A stretch of DNA of 64,000 nucleotides from an uncultured bacterium (GCA_963813815.1 CAWFAD010000009.1:6851-70850), one strand, 5' to 3'; counted from the stretch's first letter, positions 48,541-60,803 are shown. Numbers and translations: made by a program. The notes: generated by a model not told the origin, from the letters alone.

Positions 48541-50896
48541 CTACAGCCTGAAGAAATACTGCATTTTGAAAAACAGGTGCCACTCGGTCGGCTCGAAGCC
48601 TTGATGGGGATTCCCGGGTTCGGGGCCGAAGCGCGCGAAATCGAAATAGTTCGATCCGCCGCCGACGTAGAAAACGCTGAACGGGTTGATCTGGTACGTG
48701 AGCAGCGGCTCGACGTCGAGATCGCCCGTGAAATCGTCGTACTGAACGACGAACCGAAGAAACAGCTCGCGATTGAACTGATAGTTGATCCGCGTTCTCA
48801 GTATATAGCCGTCGAACACCTCTTCGCCCGTGTCCTTGCGGGAGAGCTCTGAATAGGTGAGGATCGGCTCTACCACGAGCCGCTGAGCGAGCTTGATCGT
48901 GGCCCAGGCATCGACGTGGGAGCCCTCTCCCAGCGCGGGAGGGCTTTCCGTGCGGGCTATCCTGTCTCCCAGGCCCAGCCAGAATCCGCACTGAAGATTG
49001 TCGCTGAAGGCGGTTCTCATCTCCGTGTAGAACAGCCGTATATCGTCGAAAAAGACTTCCCGGAAGCGCTCGGCGTAGAAATCGTACCCCACCATCACGC
49101 TGGTTTGCCGCTTGAACACCACCTCCACCCAGTTTTCCACCGACTGGGCCTTGTAGACGCTGAACGCGTTCCATCTCCGGCTGTACTCGTTCGTCGGGAT
49201 GATCTCGTCGAGCCACCGGTTGTCCAGGTAGAACACGTACGAGTTGCTCCATTCGACGCGGCGGTCGCTGTTGCGGAACACGAACCCGTTGTCCGCGCGA
49301 AAGGTCGGGCTCGAATCCCAGAAATCGAGGCTCGACCGCCAGCGCCGCGCGTCGCGTTCGAGGCCCACGTACGCTCCGTACCCCGTGTACGATTCGCCGT
49401 CGAGCGCGACGGTGTAATCCCCGCGGTCGAAGGTGGCGTCTCCGGCGTCCTCGACGAGCGCGGGATTGTCGGGCTCGCGCGTGATGCTCAGAAGCCCCTG
49501 TGTCTTCAGCGCGTAGTTCTGCTTGAAACGTACCAAGCCGTCGAGTCCCGCGACGGTTCCCGAGCCGCCGTCGTCGTACCCTCGGCTCGTCGCGACCGCG
49601 CCGAGATAGCTATCGTCCTTGAACGACCTGCGGAAACGCACGATGCCGCACGTGCTCTTGCCCGCGTCCGCCACGAGGCTGTATTCCTCAAAGGGGAGAA
49701 TGAGGGGCGTATGCTCGTCCCTCGCCGCCAGAGCGACGAATCCCGTCTTGCTCGTCCTTCCCGTGACCTTGGCCGCGAGCGACGGATCGTTGATGGTTCG
49801 CGTGTACACCGCGTTCCACCAGGTTCGGAAGAGATCGCTCCCCTCCTGAAAGAACGGCCTCCGCTCCGGAAAGAAAAGGGCGAAGGTCGTGTTCACGTCA
49901 ATCTGGGCGACGTCGGATTCGACCTGGCTGAAATCGGGATTGAGAGCGAGCTCGGCCCCGACGCTCGAGCTGATGCCGTAGCGGATGCCGAGAGACGGAT
50001 CGACGTCGAAATCGCGATTGTCGAATCCCGAGTCGGGATCCTCGCCGTCGCGAAGCGCTCCCGATTGCGAGCCGACGATCGTGGGAAGGAACTCGAACGA
50101 GCTTCCGGGCCGGACTCCGCTGATGCCGCTCAGCGTTCCCAGCTGGCAGAGAATGCAGGGGTTGTCGCGGAGCACCGCGGCCCACGAGTAGCTCCTCCTG
50201 CTGTCGCGCGGGTGATTGCGCCAGAAGGTGATGCGCCAGCTCTGATCTTCGCGGTCCGGGAATCTGAGGCTCTTGAACGGAATGGCGATCTCCACCTGAT
50301 AGCCGTCGGGCGTAATCCGCCCGGCGGAATCGAACACGACGTCGAATCCCAGGTCTTCATACCCCTTTCCTGATGGCCTGGCCGCCGGCTCCGTACTCGA
50401 CGTCCGAGCCCTCGTCCTCTTCCGAAAGCGTCCACCGCTTGTCCCCCTGGATGCCGAGCGGGTTGACGAACAGCTCGTACGCCCAGGCGGTGTTGTCGTA
50501 CGTGTCGAGGATGATGCCGACGTAGTCGTCGTTGAATATTTCGTCGCGGGCCCGCAACGTCGCCCGAATCGCCGAAGGATCGTCATGGGCGAAAAAGGCG
50601 ATATACAAGCGGCTCCGGTCGTAGGTCACGAGAACCTCGGTGTCGGCCTGGGGCCGCACCTGATCTCCGGGGGAGATTTCGGCGAAATTGCCCGCGCGGG
50701 CGGCGTTCTTCCATCCGTCGTCGTCGAGGAGCCCGTCGATGCGGATAGCGCCATCGATCGGCGCGACGCGAAGCGCCGGCCGCACGTTCGGGCTGAACGA
50801 AGCGGCCTCCTCGCCCGCGACCGCGACGGAGGATAAAACTCCAAGCGCCGCGCAAAACGCAAGAATACTTCTCAAAGGACAACGCCTCATCTGCAT
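48541..50896 (-). CDS. DUF5916 / CBM9-like-domain outer-membrane beta-barrel-type protein (C-terminal Phe); frameshift in a C4/G4 run at ~50362
   Basis: The 189-aa ORF (50357-50926: signal peptide + CBM9-like domain ...DDYVGIILDTYDNTAWAYELFVNPLG) and the 681-aa ORF (...SAGRITPDGYQVEIAIPFKSLRF...YFFRL*) are one gene; removing 1 nt rejoins them. Confidence 0.5.
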
Positions 50897-51089
50897 ATAA
50901 ATAGAAATGCGGATAGATCCTGGCACCGTCCCCAGTCTGGCCGATTCGCCGGAAGCGTGTCAATAGTTTTAGGAGCGCGGCTCGCGAAAGCGCATTTGAC
51001 ACATGTGTCAACATTTGTTAACGTAGTCGCCAGGCGATAGCTCCAACGCACAGCTTCTCCACTGCATCCGACCGGCAGAGGTCTCGCCC

Positions 51090-53697
51090 ATGGACTCTCT
51101 CGTCGGCAAAATCGTCTCGCACTACAGAATCATCGAGAGAATCGGCGCCGGCGGCATGGGCGTCGTGTACAAGGCCGAGGACACGAAGCTCGGCCGCACC
51201 GTCGCCCTCAAGTTTTTGCCCCCCGAGATGACCCGCGACCGCAAGGCCAAGGAGCGCTTCGTGGCCGAGGCGCGGGCGGCCTCCGCGATAGAGCATTCCA
51301 ACATCTGCACGATATTCGAGGTCGACGAGATCGAGGACGACCGGATATTCATCTCGATGGCCTATTACCAGGGCAAGACGCTGAGAGAGCGCATCGCCGA
51401 GGGGCCGCTCGGGCTCGCGGAAGCGCTCGACGTCGCCTCGCAGACCGCCCACGGGCTCGCCAAGGCCCACGCCCACGGGATCGTGCACAGGGACATCAAA
51501 CCGGGCAACATTTTCCTCACGGATGACGGCGCGGTGAAGATCGTCGACTTCGGGCTCGCCAAGCTCGCCGGGCAGGCGAGGCTCACGACCTCGGGGAAAA
51601 CGATGGGCACCGTCTCGTACATGTCCCCCGAGCAGGCGCGGGGCGAGGAGACGGGCCCCCGGACGGACGTCTGGGCCTTGGGAGTCGTGCTCTACGAAAT
51701 GGTGACGGGCGAGCTGCCGTTTCGGGGCGACTACGACGTCGCGGTCATCTACTCGATCTTGAACGAGACGCCCCCGGCGATGAGCGCCGTCCGCCCCGGC
51801 ATACCGGAGGAGCTCGAGAAGATCGTCGAGAAGGCGCTCGCGCGCGACGAGGCCGGGCGCTACGAGGACGCGGGCGCGCTCCATTCGGATCTCGCCGCGC
51901 TCAAACAGCAGCTCGATTTCAGCACGTTCACGGGCGCGCACGAGTGGAATTTCAAAGGCGGGAAAAGGAGGCGGATAATGGCTCTCGTGGGCGCGGCGGT
52001 CGCCGTCGCGGCCCTCGCCGTCGTCTGGCGGACCGCGGGCGAAAGGCGAGGCCCCGCGCCCGGGCTGCCCGGTCAGGCCCGCAAGGTCACGAGCGGCGAC
52101 GCATGGCAGGGCGATCCCGCCCTCTCGCCGGACGGAAGCAGAATCGCGTACTCCTCGGACGAATCAGGCAACAAAGACATCTACATCACGAACGCGAGCG
52201 GAGAGAGCAACCTGAGGCTCACGAACGACCCCGCTCCCGATTATTACCCGGCGTGGTTTCCCGACGGAGAGGCGATCGTCTTCGTCTCGGAGCGGAGCGG
52301 CATCCCCTCGATCTGGAAAATGAGCTCGCTCGGTGGCGGCGCCACCTTGCTCGTCGAGAACGCCATCGATCCCGCGATATCGCCCGATGGCGCGCGGATC
52401 GCGTTCACGACGCTCTTGCCGGGAGGGGATCAGTTCATCGCCGTCGCTTCGCTCGCCGATGCCGGAAAGGTGACGCTTCTCACGGGGCCGTCGGACGGGC
52501 TGTGGGACCACCGAAAGCCGGCGTGGTCTCCCGACGGAAGAACGATCTGCTACGCCAGCGCGGCAGGACCTCTGGACCGTATCCGCTTCGGGCGGTCCGG
52601 CCATGCGTCTGACGAGAGAGGGGGAGAACGACACGAGCCCCGCGTGGTCGAGCGACGGCAAGCGCGTGTACTTCTCCTCCGAGCGCGAAGGGACGCTCGC
52701 CCTTTGGCGCATCGACGTCAGGGGGGCCGCGCTCACGAGGCTCACGCAGGGACCGGGGTACGAGTACGACCCGAGCGTCAGCGGGGACGGCTCGCGAATC
52801 GCCTACGCGACGCGGAGAGAGCCGGGGGCGCTGTACCTCAGGGATATGAGGGCGAAGACGGACACGAAGCTCGCCGGGATACGGGGCGACTGTCTCGCCG
52901 CCATCGCGCCGGACGGGAGCAAAATCGTGTTCGCGTCGGATCGCGGAGGCGTGATGTTCGATCTCTGGATGCAGCCGCTCGAAGGCGGACTCCCCTCGGG
53001 GCAGCCGCAGCGCCTCACCGAGGACTCGGCGCACGCCTCGTGCCCGATGTTCTCGCCCGACGGCAAGTGGATCGCGTACTACCGGCTTCTCGGCGAGCAG
53101 CGCGACGTCTATACGATTTCGGCCTCGGGCGGCCAGCCGATCAGGTTCACCGACGATCCCGCGTCCGACGTCCAGCCGGCGTGGTCTCCGGACGGCTCCA
53201 AGATCGCTTTCGCCTCGGAGCGCGGCGGCCGCTTCGACATCTGGATCGCTCCGGTGGCCGAGGGACGACCCACCGGCCCGCCGCTGCGCCTCACGAGCGC
53301 TCCCGCGGACGCCATCGCTCCCGTCTGGTCGCCCGATGGAACGCGCATCGCGTACGTCGGCGACACCGAGAGCGGCCCCGACGTCTGGATCGTGCCGGCG
53401 GACGGCAAGGCGCCGGGGAAAAGAATCACATCGGGGGCGAACGTGGAGACGGTTCGGTGGGACCCCCTCGCCGGGGCGCTCCTCGCGAGCGGAAGATGGG
53501 GCGAGGACGAGCTGAGCATTCGCCGGGTCTCGCCCGAAGGAGGGGCGGTTTCGCCGATCGATCCGCCCATCGTTCTCGGCCCCGCGCCGACGACCGCGTT
53601 ATTCGACGTCACGCTCGACGGAGGTCTCGTGCTCTTTCCTCGCGAGAACAAGCGGGGAAACATTTGGGCGCACGAGGCGAAGAAGGGAACGTTCTGA
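51090..53697 (+). CDS. Ser/Thr protein kinase - TM - TolB-like (PD40/WD40 beta-propeller) fusion; frameshift at ~52563-52572
   Basis: Hanks kinase motifs GAGGMGVVYKA, HRDIKPGN, DFGLA, SPEQ; TM IMALVGAAVAVAALAVVW; 10+ PD40 repeats (SPDGSRIAY, WSPDGSKIAF...). Continues in ORF 52603-53697 after a 1-nt shift. Confidence 0.8.
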
Positions 53698-53720
53698 CTC
53701 TGACGAAAAGGAGGGACGAC

Positions 53721-54146
53721 ATGGTAGCGCGAAAACCGGCGCCCCGGGCTCTGGCCGCGAGGCGCGAGACGCGGAAGGCGCTCTTGGAGGCGCTCGCCTC
53801 CATCCGCGCGGCGAAGAGGGCCATCGTCAAGACGGGAGCGATGAGGACGACCGTCTACCCCGCGGTATTCCCGCCGCAGACGCCGACGAGCGTTTGCAAG
53901 ACGATCACCACGGATTCCATCGTCCTGAACCCGCCCTACGTGCCGTTCACCAAGTGCAGGGCCTTCTATCCTCCGAGGGTTCCGTTCAAAATATGCGGCA
54001 TTCCGCCGCGTGGGATCGATGTGACGAGGGAAGATTTCAGGAAGGGGCTCGAGGCGATCGAGCTGTGGATACGGTACGTGCAGAAGGTCTTCGACACGGC
54101 CGCTTCGAAGAGACCGGCGCTGCCCAAACCGAAAGCCCGGCGGTAA
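53721..54146 (+). CDS. Small (141 aa) Pro/Cys-repeat protein: candidate RiPP precursor or rSAM substrate (three PPxxPxxxC repeats)
   Basis: Strong GGAGGG RBS; helical N-terminal region; core PPQTPTSVC / PPYVPFTKC / PPRVPFKIC (53871-54020); 15 nt upstream of the rSAM/SPASM gene. Confidence 0.55.
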   Translation: MVARKPAPRALAARRETRKALLEALASIRAAKRAIVKTGAMRTTVYPAVFPPQTPTSVCKTITTDSIVLNPPYVPFTKCRAFYPPRVPFKICGIPPRGIDVTREDFRKGLEAIELWIRYVQKVFDTAASKRPALPKPKARR

Positions 54147-54161
54147 GGGCGGCGGAAGAGC

Positions 54162-55385
54162 ATGTCCCCCCTCGAGCGTATCGAGGCGCTCACCCTCATC
54201 CTCACGTCGCGCTGCAACATGCGCTGCGCCTACTGCTACCAGAGCGCGAAACGGCCGGCGAGCGCGTCGTGGAGGACGATCGGCGCCGCGATCGACCTCG
54301 CGATGGACGGCGGGCGCGGGGAGATCGACATCGGGTTCTGCGGGGGCGAGCCGCTTCTCGAGTTTCCCCTCATGCGACGCGCGGTCGCGCGCGCCGAGGG
54401 GAAGCGGCCGGGCGGACGGGGCGCGACGTACTACATCAGCACGAACGGCACGCTCCTCACTGAGGAGATCGCCGCCTTTCTCGAAGAGCATCGCTTCGAG
54501 ACGCAGATCAGCTTCGACGGCGTCGCGGCCGCTCAGGACCTTCGAGGACGCGGCACCTTCCGGACTCTCGACCGGCTGCTCGCGCGGTTGCGAATAAGGC
54601 ACGCCGGGTTCTACGAGAGCAACGTCTCGATCGCCCTCACCGTGACCCCGCGCAACCTCGCGCAGCTCGCCGAGTCGGTCTCCTACTTTCTCGACATGGG
54701 CGCGTCGAGAATCGTGATCGCGCCGGCCATCGCCTCGGACGCCGAGTGGAGCGACGATCTCATGGGCGGGCTCGACGCGCAGCTCGCCTCGGCGTTCGAG
54801 AGAAGCCTCGCGTACTACGAGGAAACGGGAGAGATACCGGTTCAAATGTTTCGCGGCGGGGACGCGCCCTCGAGCGCGCCGAGAGGGCGGCCACTCTGCG
54901 GCGCCGCTCGCGCGGCGGGCATCACGGTCGACGTCGACGGCGAGGTCTACGGATGCTCCATGTTCGCTCGCTCCTACCTCGACGTCGAATCGCCGCTCCT
55001 TCGCGCGTGCGTGGAGGCGATGCGCCTCGGGAGGATCGACGATCCCGGTCTCTCCCGCCGCCTCGCCTCCCACCCCGCGGCGGTGCGGCGGGCGGGGATA
55101 TTCCACCGCAAGGACCGAAAGCGCTCGGCGCACGCGAGGTGCGCCGAGTGCCGCTATCTCGATCGCTGCTTCGTCTGCCCCGCGTGCATCGCCTTCGCGC
55201 CCGGGAACGGCGACCCCGACAGGATCTCGGACTTCTGCTGCGCCTTTAATCAAGCGGCGCTGAAATATCAGGACCGCTTCCCGCGCGAGGCGGCGGCCGG
55301 CGACGCGCTCCTCGCGCCCCCCGGCGCCGCGGCCGAGATGGAGCGCTGGAGGATTCTCGCCGGCGGAGCGCCGCGCCCCGCATAG
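54162..55385 (+). CDS. Radical SAM enzyme with C-terminal SPASM domain (anSME / peptide-maturase-like)
   Basis: CNMRCAYC (CxxxCxxC) cluster; GGEPLL SAM-binding motif; C-terminal Cys cluster CAECRYLDRCFVCPAC. Confidence 0.85.
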   Translation: MSPLERIEALTLILTSRCNMRCAYCYQSAKRPASASWRTIGAAIDLAMDGGRGEIDIGFCGGEPLLEFPLMRRAVARAEGKRPGGRGATYYISTNGTLLTEEIAAFLEEHRFETQISFDGVAAAQDLRGRGTFRTLDRLLARLRIRHAGFYESNVSIALTVTPRNLAQLAESVSYFLDMGASRIVIAPAIASDAEWSDDLMGGLDAQLASAFERSLAYYEETGEIPVQMFRGGDAPSSAPRGRPLCGAARAAGITVDVDGEVYGCSMFARSYLDVESPLLRACVEAMRLGRIDDPGLSRRLASHPAAVRRAGIFHRKDRKRSAHARCAECRYLDRCFVCPACIAFAPGNGDPDRISDFCCAFNQAALKYQDRFPREAAAGDALLAPPGAAAEMERWRILAGGAPRPA

Positions 55386-55495
55386 CCCGCATCCTCGTAG
55401 CCCGCATCCACTTCAAAGCCCGCTCATTCGACGATATTTGGCGGATGCGACATATGGTATCCTGCATCCGCACGATGCGAGAAAGGAGCGCCGCT

Positions 55496-57794
55496 TTGAA
55501 ACGACATGGTCCTCACGGCTCAATCGTCGCGGCCGCCGCGGCCGCGTTGCTGCTCGTCTCGTTCGCCTCGGCGCCGGGACGCGCGGGCGAGGTCTCCTCG
55601 CTCGCCATCGAGAACGGCGTCATCCGCTGCTCGATCGAGCTCGAGCGAGGCGCGCTTCGATCCGAGCGCATCGAGCTTCTGCCGGGAGAGTCTCGGGGGC
55701 GAGGCGCGGGCGCGCTTCCCGCGATCGAGCTCGACGCGGATTTCGCGATCGACGTCATGTACACGGACTGGTCGGCGCCGGGCAAGATCGACAACGCCGA
55801 CAACCCCGTCCTCCTCTCGAAATCGAGCTTCACGGTCCTCTCGAGCGAGACGCGCGAAGAGGGGGGCGCCAAGGAGCTCACGCTCCTCTGCCGCGGAGCG
55901 GATCATCCGATCGAGCTTCGTATCACTTACCGCCTCGAGCCCGAGGCCTTCTACGTAAAGCGCTGCATCGCCGTGCGCGACACGACGTCCGGCCGCCATT
56001 TCTTGAGGCGGCTCTGGCCGAGGAGCGGCGAGGTCCGCGGAATCGCCTCGATCGTGAAGCCGGGCGGCTTCGGCCAGCCCGTCGCGGCGCTTCATTCCAA
56101 GGGGCGGGGCCTTCTTCGGCGTCGAGTACCCGGCCGCCGAGAACCATATCGAAGCCGCGGCAGGCGGGAGATACACCCTCCGCTGCGGGCAGGAGCACGG
56201 CGCGATCATCGGCCGGGACTGGCTCGCGAGCGACTGGGTCGTCGCGGGCCTCTCGCCCGACGGGCACGTGAAGCGATGGTTCTTCGAGTACCTCGACCGC
56301 GTGCGCGTCGCGCCGCTTCGCCCCTACGCCCTCTACAACACGTGGTACGACCTCCGCTCCCCCGAGTACCCGAAATGGTCCGCCGATCGCGTCATGAGCG
56401 AGGCGACGTGCCTCGCGATGGCCCGCGTTCTCCGCGAGCAGATGGAGCGGCACGGCATCCGTCTCGACGCCTTCGTGCTCGACGACGGCTGGGACGTCTA
56501 CGAGAGCGATTGGGTCATTCGAAAGAAGCAGTGGCCGGCGGGCTTCAAGCCGCTCTCCGACGAGCTCGCGAAGTCAGGCACGAGCCTCGGCGTCTGGTTC
56601 GGGCCGACGGGAGGCTACTGTTCCACGAGAGCGCCTCTCGTGGATGAAAGCGCACGGCTACGAGACCGTGGGGGATATGCTCTGCGTCGCGGGCGGGAAA
56701 TACGGCGGCGCTCCTTCGCCGCCGCGTCGAGCGATCTCGTCGAGCGCGACGGCGTCGGATATTTCAAATGGGATGGAATTCAGTTCTCGTGCAGCGAGCC
56801 GGGCCACGGACATCCGACGGACGTCTACTCCCGCAGGGCCGTCATGGAGTCCGTGGCCGCCATGTGCCGCGCCGTGCGCGAGAGGCGGCCGGACATTTTT
56901 CTCAATATCTCGTCGGGCACGTGGCTCAGCCCGTGGTGGGTGCGCTACGCGAACACGATCTGGATGCAGGGGATGGACTACGGCTTCGCCGACGTGCCGT
57001 CCATGAGCCGGCGCGACGGCTCCATCACGTACCGCGACTTCGTGCTCTACGACGACTTCCGCGTGCAGGACCGGTGGTTTCCCATCGCGAACCTCATGAC
57101 CCACGGCATCATCAAGGGAAAGGATTTCTCGGTCGGCGTCGAGAGCGAGCCGCTCGACAAGTTCACCGACGACGTGCTCCTCTACTTCGCGCGAGGCGTC
57201 GCCGATGTACGAGCTCTACATCTCCCCCGACATCCTGAGCGAGGGAGAATGGGCCTCGATCTCGAGGTCGATGGCGTGGGCGCGCGACCGTTTCCCGATC
57301 CTCATGAGCACGAGATGGTGGGCGGGAATCCCATGAAGGGGGAGCCGTACGCGTACGTCCACTTCAAGGGCTCGCGAGGAATCGTCGCCGCGCGAAACCC
57401 CGTCATGCGGCCCGCGGCCATCGAGGTCGGGCTCGAGACCGCGCACGGCCTCGACGCCGGGGCCTCCTCCCTCGTGCTCGAGCGCGTCTATCCGACGCGC
57501 TGGATCTCGCCGAGGCTCCACCGGGCGGGAGAGCGGATCGACATCGCGCTCGACGGATTCGAAACGGCCGTCTACGAAATCTATCCGCTGGGCGAGGCGA
57601 CGGAGCCGCTCGTCGCGGGGGTCGTCTTCGACGTCGTCTCGGAAACTGAAACGCGGCGCGTCATACGCTATCGCGACGCCTCGGCCAAGGCCACCGTGCT
57701 CAATCCGGCGTCCGTCGTCTCGGCGACCCACGAGGAAAGCCCGCGGCGGTCAAGCGAATCCCCTTCGCCCGCGACAGGGCGATCGATCTCGTGA
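55496..57794 (+). CDS. Secreted GH-D-clan alpha-galactosidase-like glycoside hydrolase (GH27/GH36-like), disrupted by at least 4 frameshifts (possible pseudogene or error-dense region)
   Basis: TTG start with AAGGAG RBS and signal peptide; motifs AFVLDDGWD, GVWFGP, YFKWDG, NISSGTWLSPWW. Reading frame switches at ~56105 (GGGGCGGGG), ~56600-56650, ~56770 and ~57790; a C-terminal extension is possibly present to ~58250. Confidence 0.45.
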
Positions 57795-58257
57795 GCGGCG
57801 TCTCTCTCGCGCCCGATAAGGCGGACGGATCGAAGGCGGCGGTGCGCTGCGAGGTATCGCCGGATGCGGCGGGCGCGACGCTCGCGATCCTCCTCTCCCC
57901 CGCCGAGAGCTGCACGGCGAAGGAGAAGCCCGCGCTCGCGGTCGAGCTCGACGGCGCCGCGATCGAGGCCGGCACCGAGCCGCAGGAGAGGGGCTCGCAG
58001 TGGTGGACGCTCCCGATACCGACCGGACGCCACGAGGCGCTCCTGCGCGTGAAGCCCGGAGCGGGGGACGGCGAATGGAGAGGCTCGATGCAGGTCTGGC
58101 TCGTCGCGATGGAGAAGCGCGCGGGGCGCGAGATCGTCCTCGAGCTCGCGAATCCGCCGCGGGCGAGACCGCTCCCGCCCCGGCCGTGGGAGCCCGGAGA
58201 AACGCGCCGGAATATTCCGCTCGGAGAGGCGCGAACTTCCGGCAAAGGAGAGCCCGC

Positions 58258-59000
58258 GTGGATATTCGCGGACGAGATCGTAGTCGCGTCAAGGGCCGCG
58301 TCATCGTCGAGGTTTGCCTCGACTCGGTCGAGTCGGCCGTCGCGGCCCGCGACGGAGGAGCCGACCGCATCGAGCTCTGCTCCGACCTCGCGAGCGGGGG
58401 ACGACGCCGAGCGCCGGATTGATCGAGGAGGTGCGCGCCGCCTGCGGCATCCTCCTTCACGTGCTCATCCGCCCGAGACTCGGGGACTTCCTCTACTCCC
58501 GCGAGGAGCTTCGCGTCATGGAGCGCGACATCGAGAGCGCGAAGCGGGCCGGCGCGGACGCGGTCGTTCTCGGCGTGCTCGACCGCGACCGATCGGTCGA
58601 TAGCTCCCGCGCTCGCGCCCTCATCGAGCTCGCCCGCCCCATGCGAGCGACGTTCCACCGGGCGTTCGACGCCGCGCGCGATCCGCTCGCCGCGCTCGAA
58701 GACGTGATCGAGGCGGGCGCCGAGACGCTCCTCACGTCCGGACAACGCCCCACGGCCCAAGAGGGCGCCGGAGCTCATCGCCGGATCTCGTCCGGCGCTC
58801 GGCCGGCCGCCTCGAGATCATGGCCGGCGCCGGGCTCACGGCGGCGAACGCCGCGCGCGTGCTCGGAAGCCACGGGGGTTCGGGCAATTGCACGTGGGAG
58901 GAGGCGTGAGCCGGGTGGAAACGAGCGACGCGCCCGCTCTTCTCGTCGACGCGGCGCATCGTGACGACCGAGGCGGTGCGATCCTTCCGCGCCGCTCTGC
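58258..59000 (+). CDS. cutC: Copper homeostasis protein CutC, with about 3 frameshifts (~58420, ~58760, ~58885)
   Basis: GTG start with AAAGGAG RBS; [28 protein letters not shown], ...[14 protein letters not shown]..., [25 protein letters not shown] spread over three frames. Confidence 0.6.
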
Positions 59001-59227
59001 GAGCGTAGCTTCGAGCGCCGGGCGCGCTCGGGATCGCGCCCGAGCGGTCTCAGGCCCCTTTCTCCCGCTCCTTGAGCCGCCGGAACATCTCTCTTATGTC
59101 GAGCTGAGCCGCGGATCGCCACGTAGACGGTGACGGTCGAGTACCACACGAGAACGGCGATCGTGAGGAGCCCCCAGAAGGGATGGTCTTTCAGCATTTC
59201 AACGAGCATCATGAGCGCTTCCCCCGC

Positions 59228-60803
59228 TCAGGCCCGCTTCGCCGCGGGCTTCAGGAGCGATCCGACGACCATCGCCACGGCGACCGCGGCGTAGGTCCCG
59301 ATGTTGACGAAATTGTCGCCGATATGGTATCTCGCCCAGCCCATCGTCTGCGTCAAGGACCCGGCCGTCCTCGCATGACCTCGCCGCCCGGCCTCGTCGA
59401 GAAGCGGCACCGTCGACCTGCACGAAGATATTCAAGCGCAGCGACAGCACCGGCAGCGCCGCGCCGATGACGATCGCCGCGATCGCGCCCCAGCTGTTCG
59501 CCCGCTTCCAGTAGCAGCAGGTGATGAGCAGCACCGACATGCTCGCGAGATAGATCGTGCCCGTCGTCTGGCAGTACTCCCAGAGGTTTCCCTCGAGCTT
59601 GTACCAGAGCCCCCAGAAGAGGAGAAAGACGCCGATTATGGCGATGATGCACCGGTTCCAGAGGATGCCCTTCTTCTCCGACCAGGGTTTCCTCCTGCGG
59701 AGCGGCGCGAGGATATCGTTGTAGATGACGCTCCCCCACGTGAGCATGTAGGAGGAGTCGGTGCTCATGTCGGCCGCGAGCATCGCCGCGACGAGGAGCC
59801 CCATCATGCCGGCGGGAAGAATCTGGCTCAGAAGATACGGCATGGCGAAAAGAGAGCCGTCCCTCTCGCCGAACTGGAGGCCGATGCGCGCGAGCACGTC
59901 GGGAGCGACCATGGCGAGAGCGGCGATGCCCCAGATCGCCGGGATCACCCAGCGCGCCACGAAGAAGAAGGCCGTTCCCGTGTAGACCCGCCGGCCCGTC
60001 GCGCTGTCCTTCGCCGCGAGGAGCCGCGCGATGATCGTCTGCCACGTGAGGACGGCCGCCGTGTTCGTGAGAATGTTCGAGAGGACAAACGGCCACCCGA
60101 GCCCCGGAGCCACGAACGGGTTGAAGCCCCCCGCGCCGTAGCTCGCGCCGACGGTGGCCGTGAGCCTGCTCCACCCCACGGCGCCGAGAATGAGGAACGT
60201 CACGACGAGGAGCCCCGCGCTCATCACGACGAACTGGAGAAAGTCCGTCACGAGCACGGAGAGCATGCCGCCGAGAATCGTGTACACCATGACGGCGAGA
60301 AGGAGGACGGTCATGGCGAGCTCGAGATACTCGAGGTTCATGCCGGTCGCGACCACGAGAAACTGCCCGCCGACCCGGAGAAAGACCCCCATGTTGAGAA
60401 GCCCGCCGAGAACGATCACGACGCCCGCGAGCCAGCGGACGAAGGGGCCGAACCGCTGCTCGAAGAGCTCCGGGATCGTCATGACGTTCGAGTCGCGGAG
60501 CGGCTTCACGCAGAATCCCGTGTATCCCACGAGGAACATTGCCGCGCACTGGCAGAGCCCCGGGATCGTCCCGGCGAAGCCGCGGGTGTATCCGGCCTGC
60601 GCCGTGTACATGCAGGTCACGATGCCGAACTCGGTCGCGGCCAGGGAGGCGATGCCGAGGTAGACGTTCATCTCGCGGCCGGCCACGATGAAGTGCTCCA
60701 CCTTGACCACGTACTTGCGGACCATGACGCCCGCGACCATCGTGGCGAGGAGGTAGAGCCCGACGATGCCGCCGTCGATGAGCATGTTGAAGTCGCTGTT
60801 CAT
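59228..60803 (-). CDS. Sodium:solute symporter family (SSF) transporter; frameshift near 59410-59420
   Basis: 13-TM SSF-like sequence MNSDFNMLIDGGIVGLYLLATMVAG...; the C-terminal TM is encoded in ORF 59228-59410 in another frame. Confidence 0.7.

Noticed and set aside
51090-54146. 1018-aa single ORF covering kinase through the small Cys protein
   Set aside because: After ~52570 this frame gives Arg-rich junk while the +1 frame carries the TolB repeats. The 53721-54146 segment has its own strong RBS and is treated as a separate gene.
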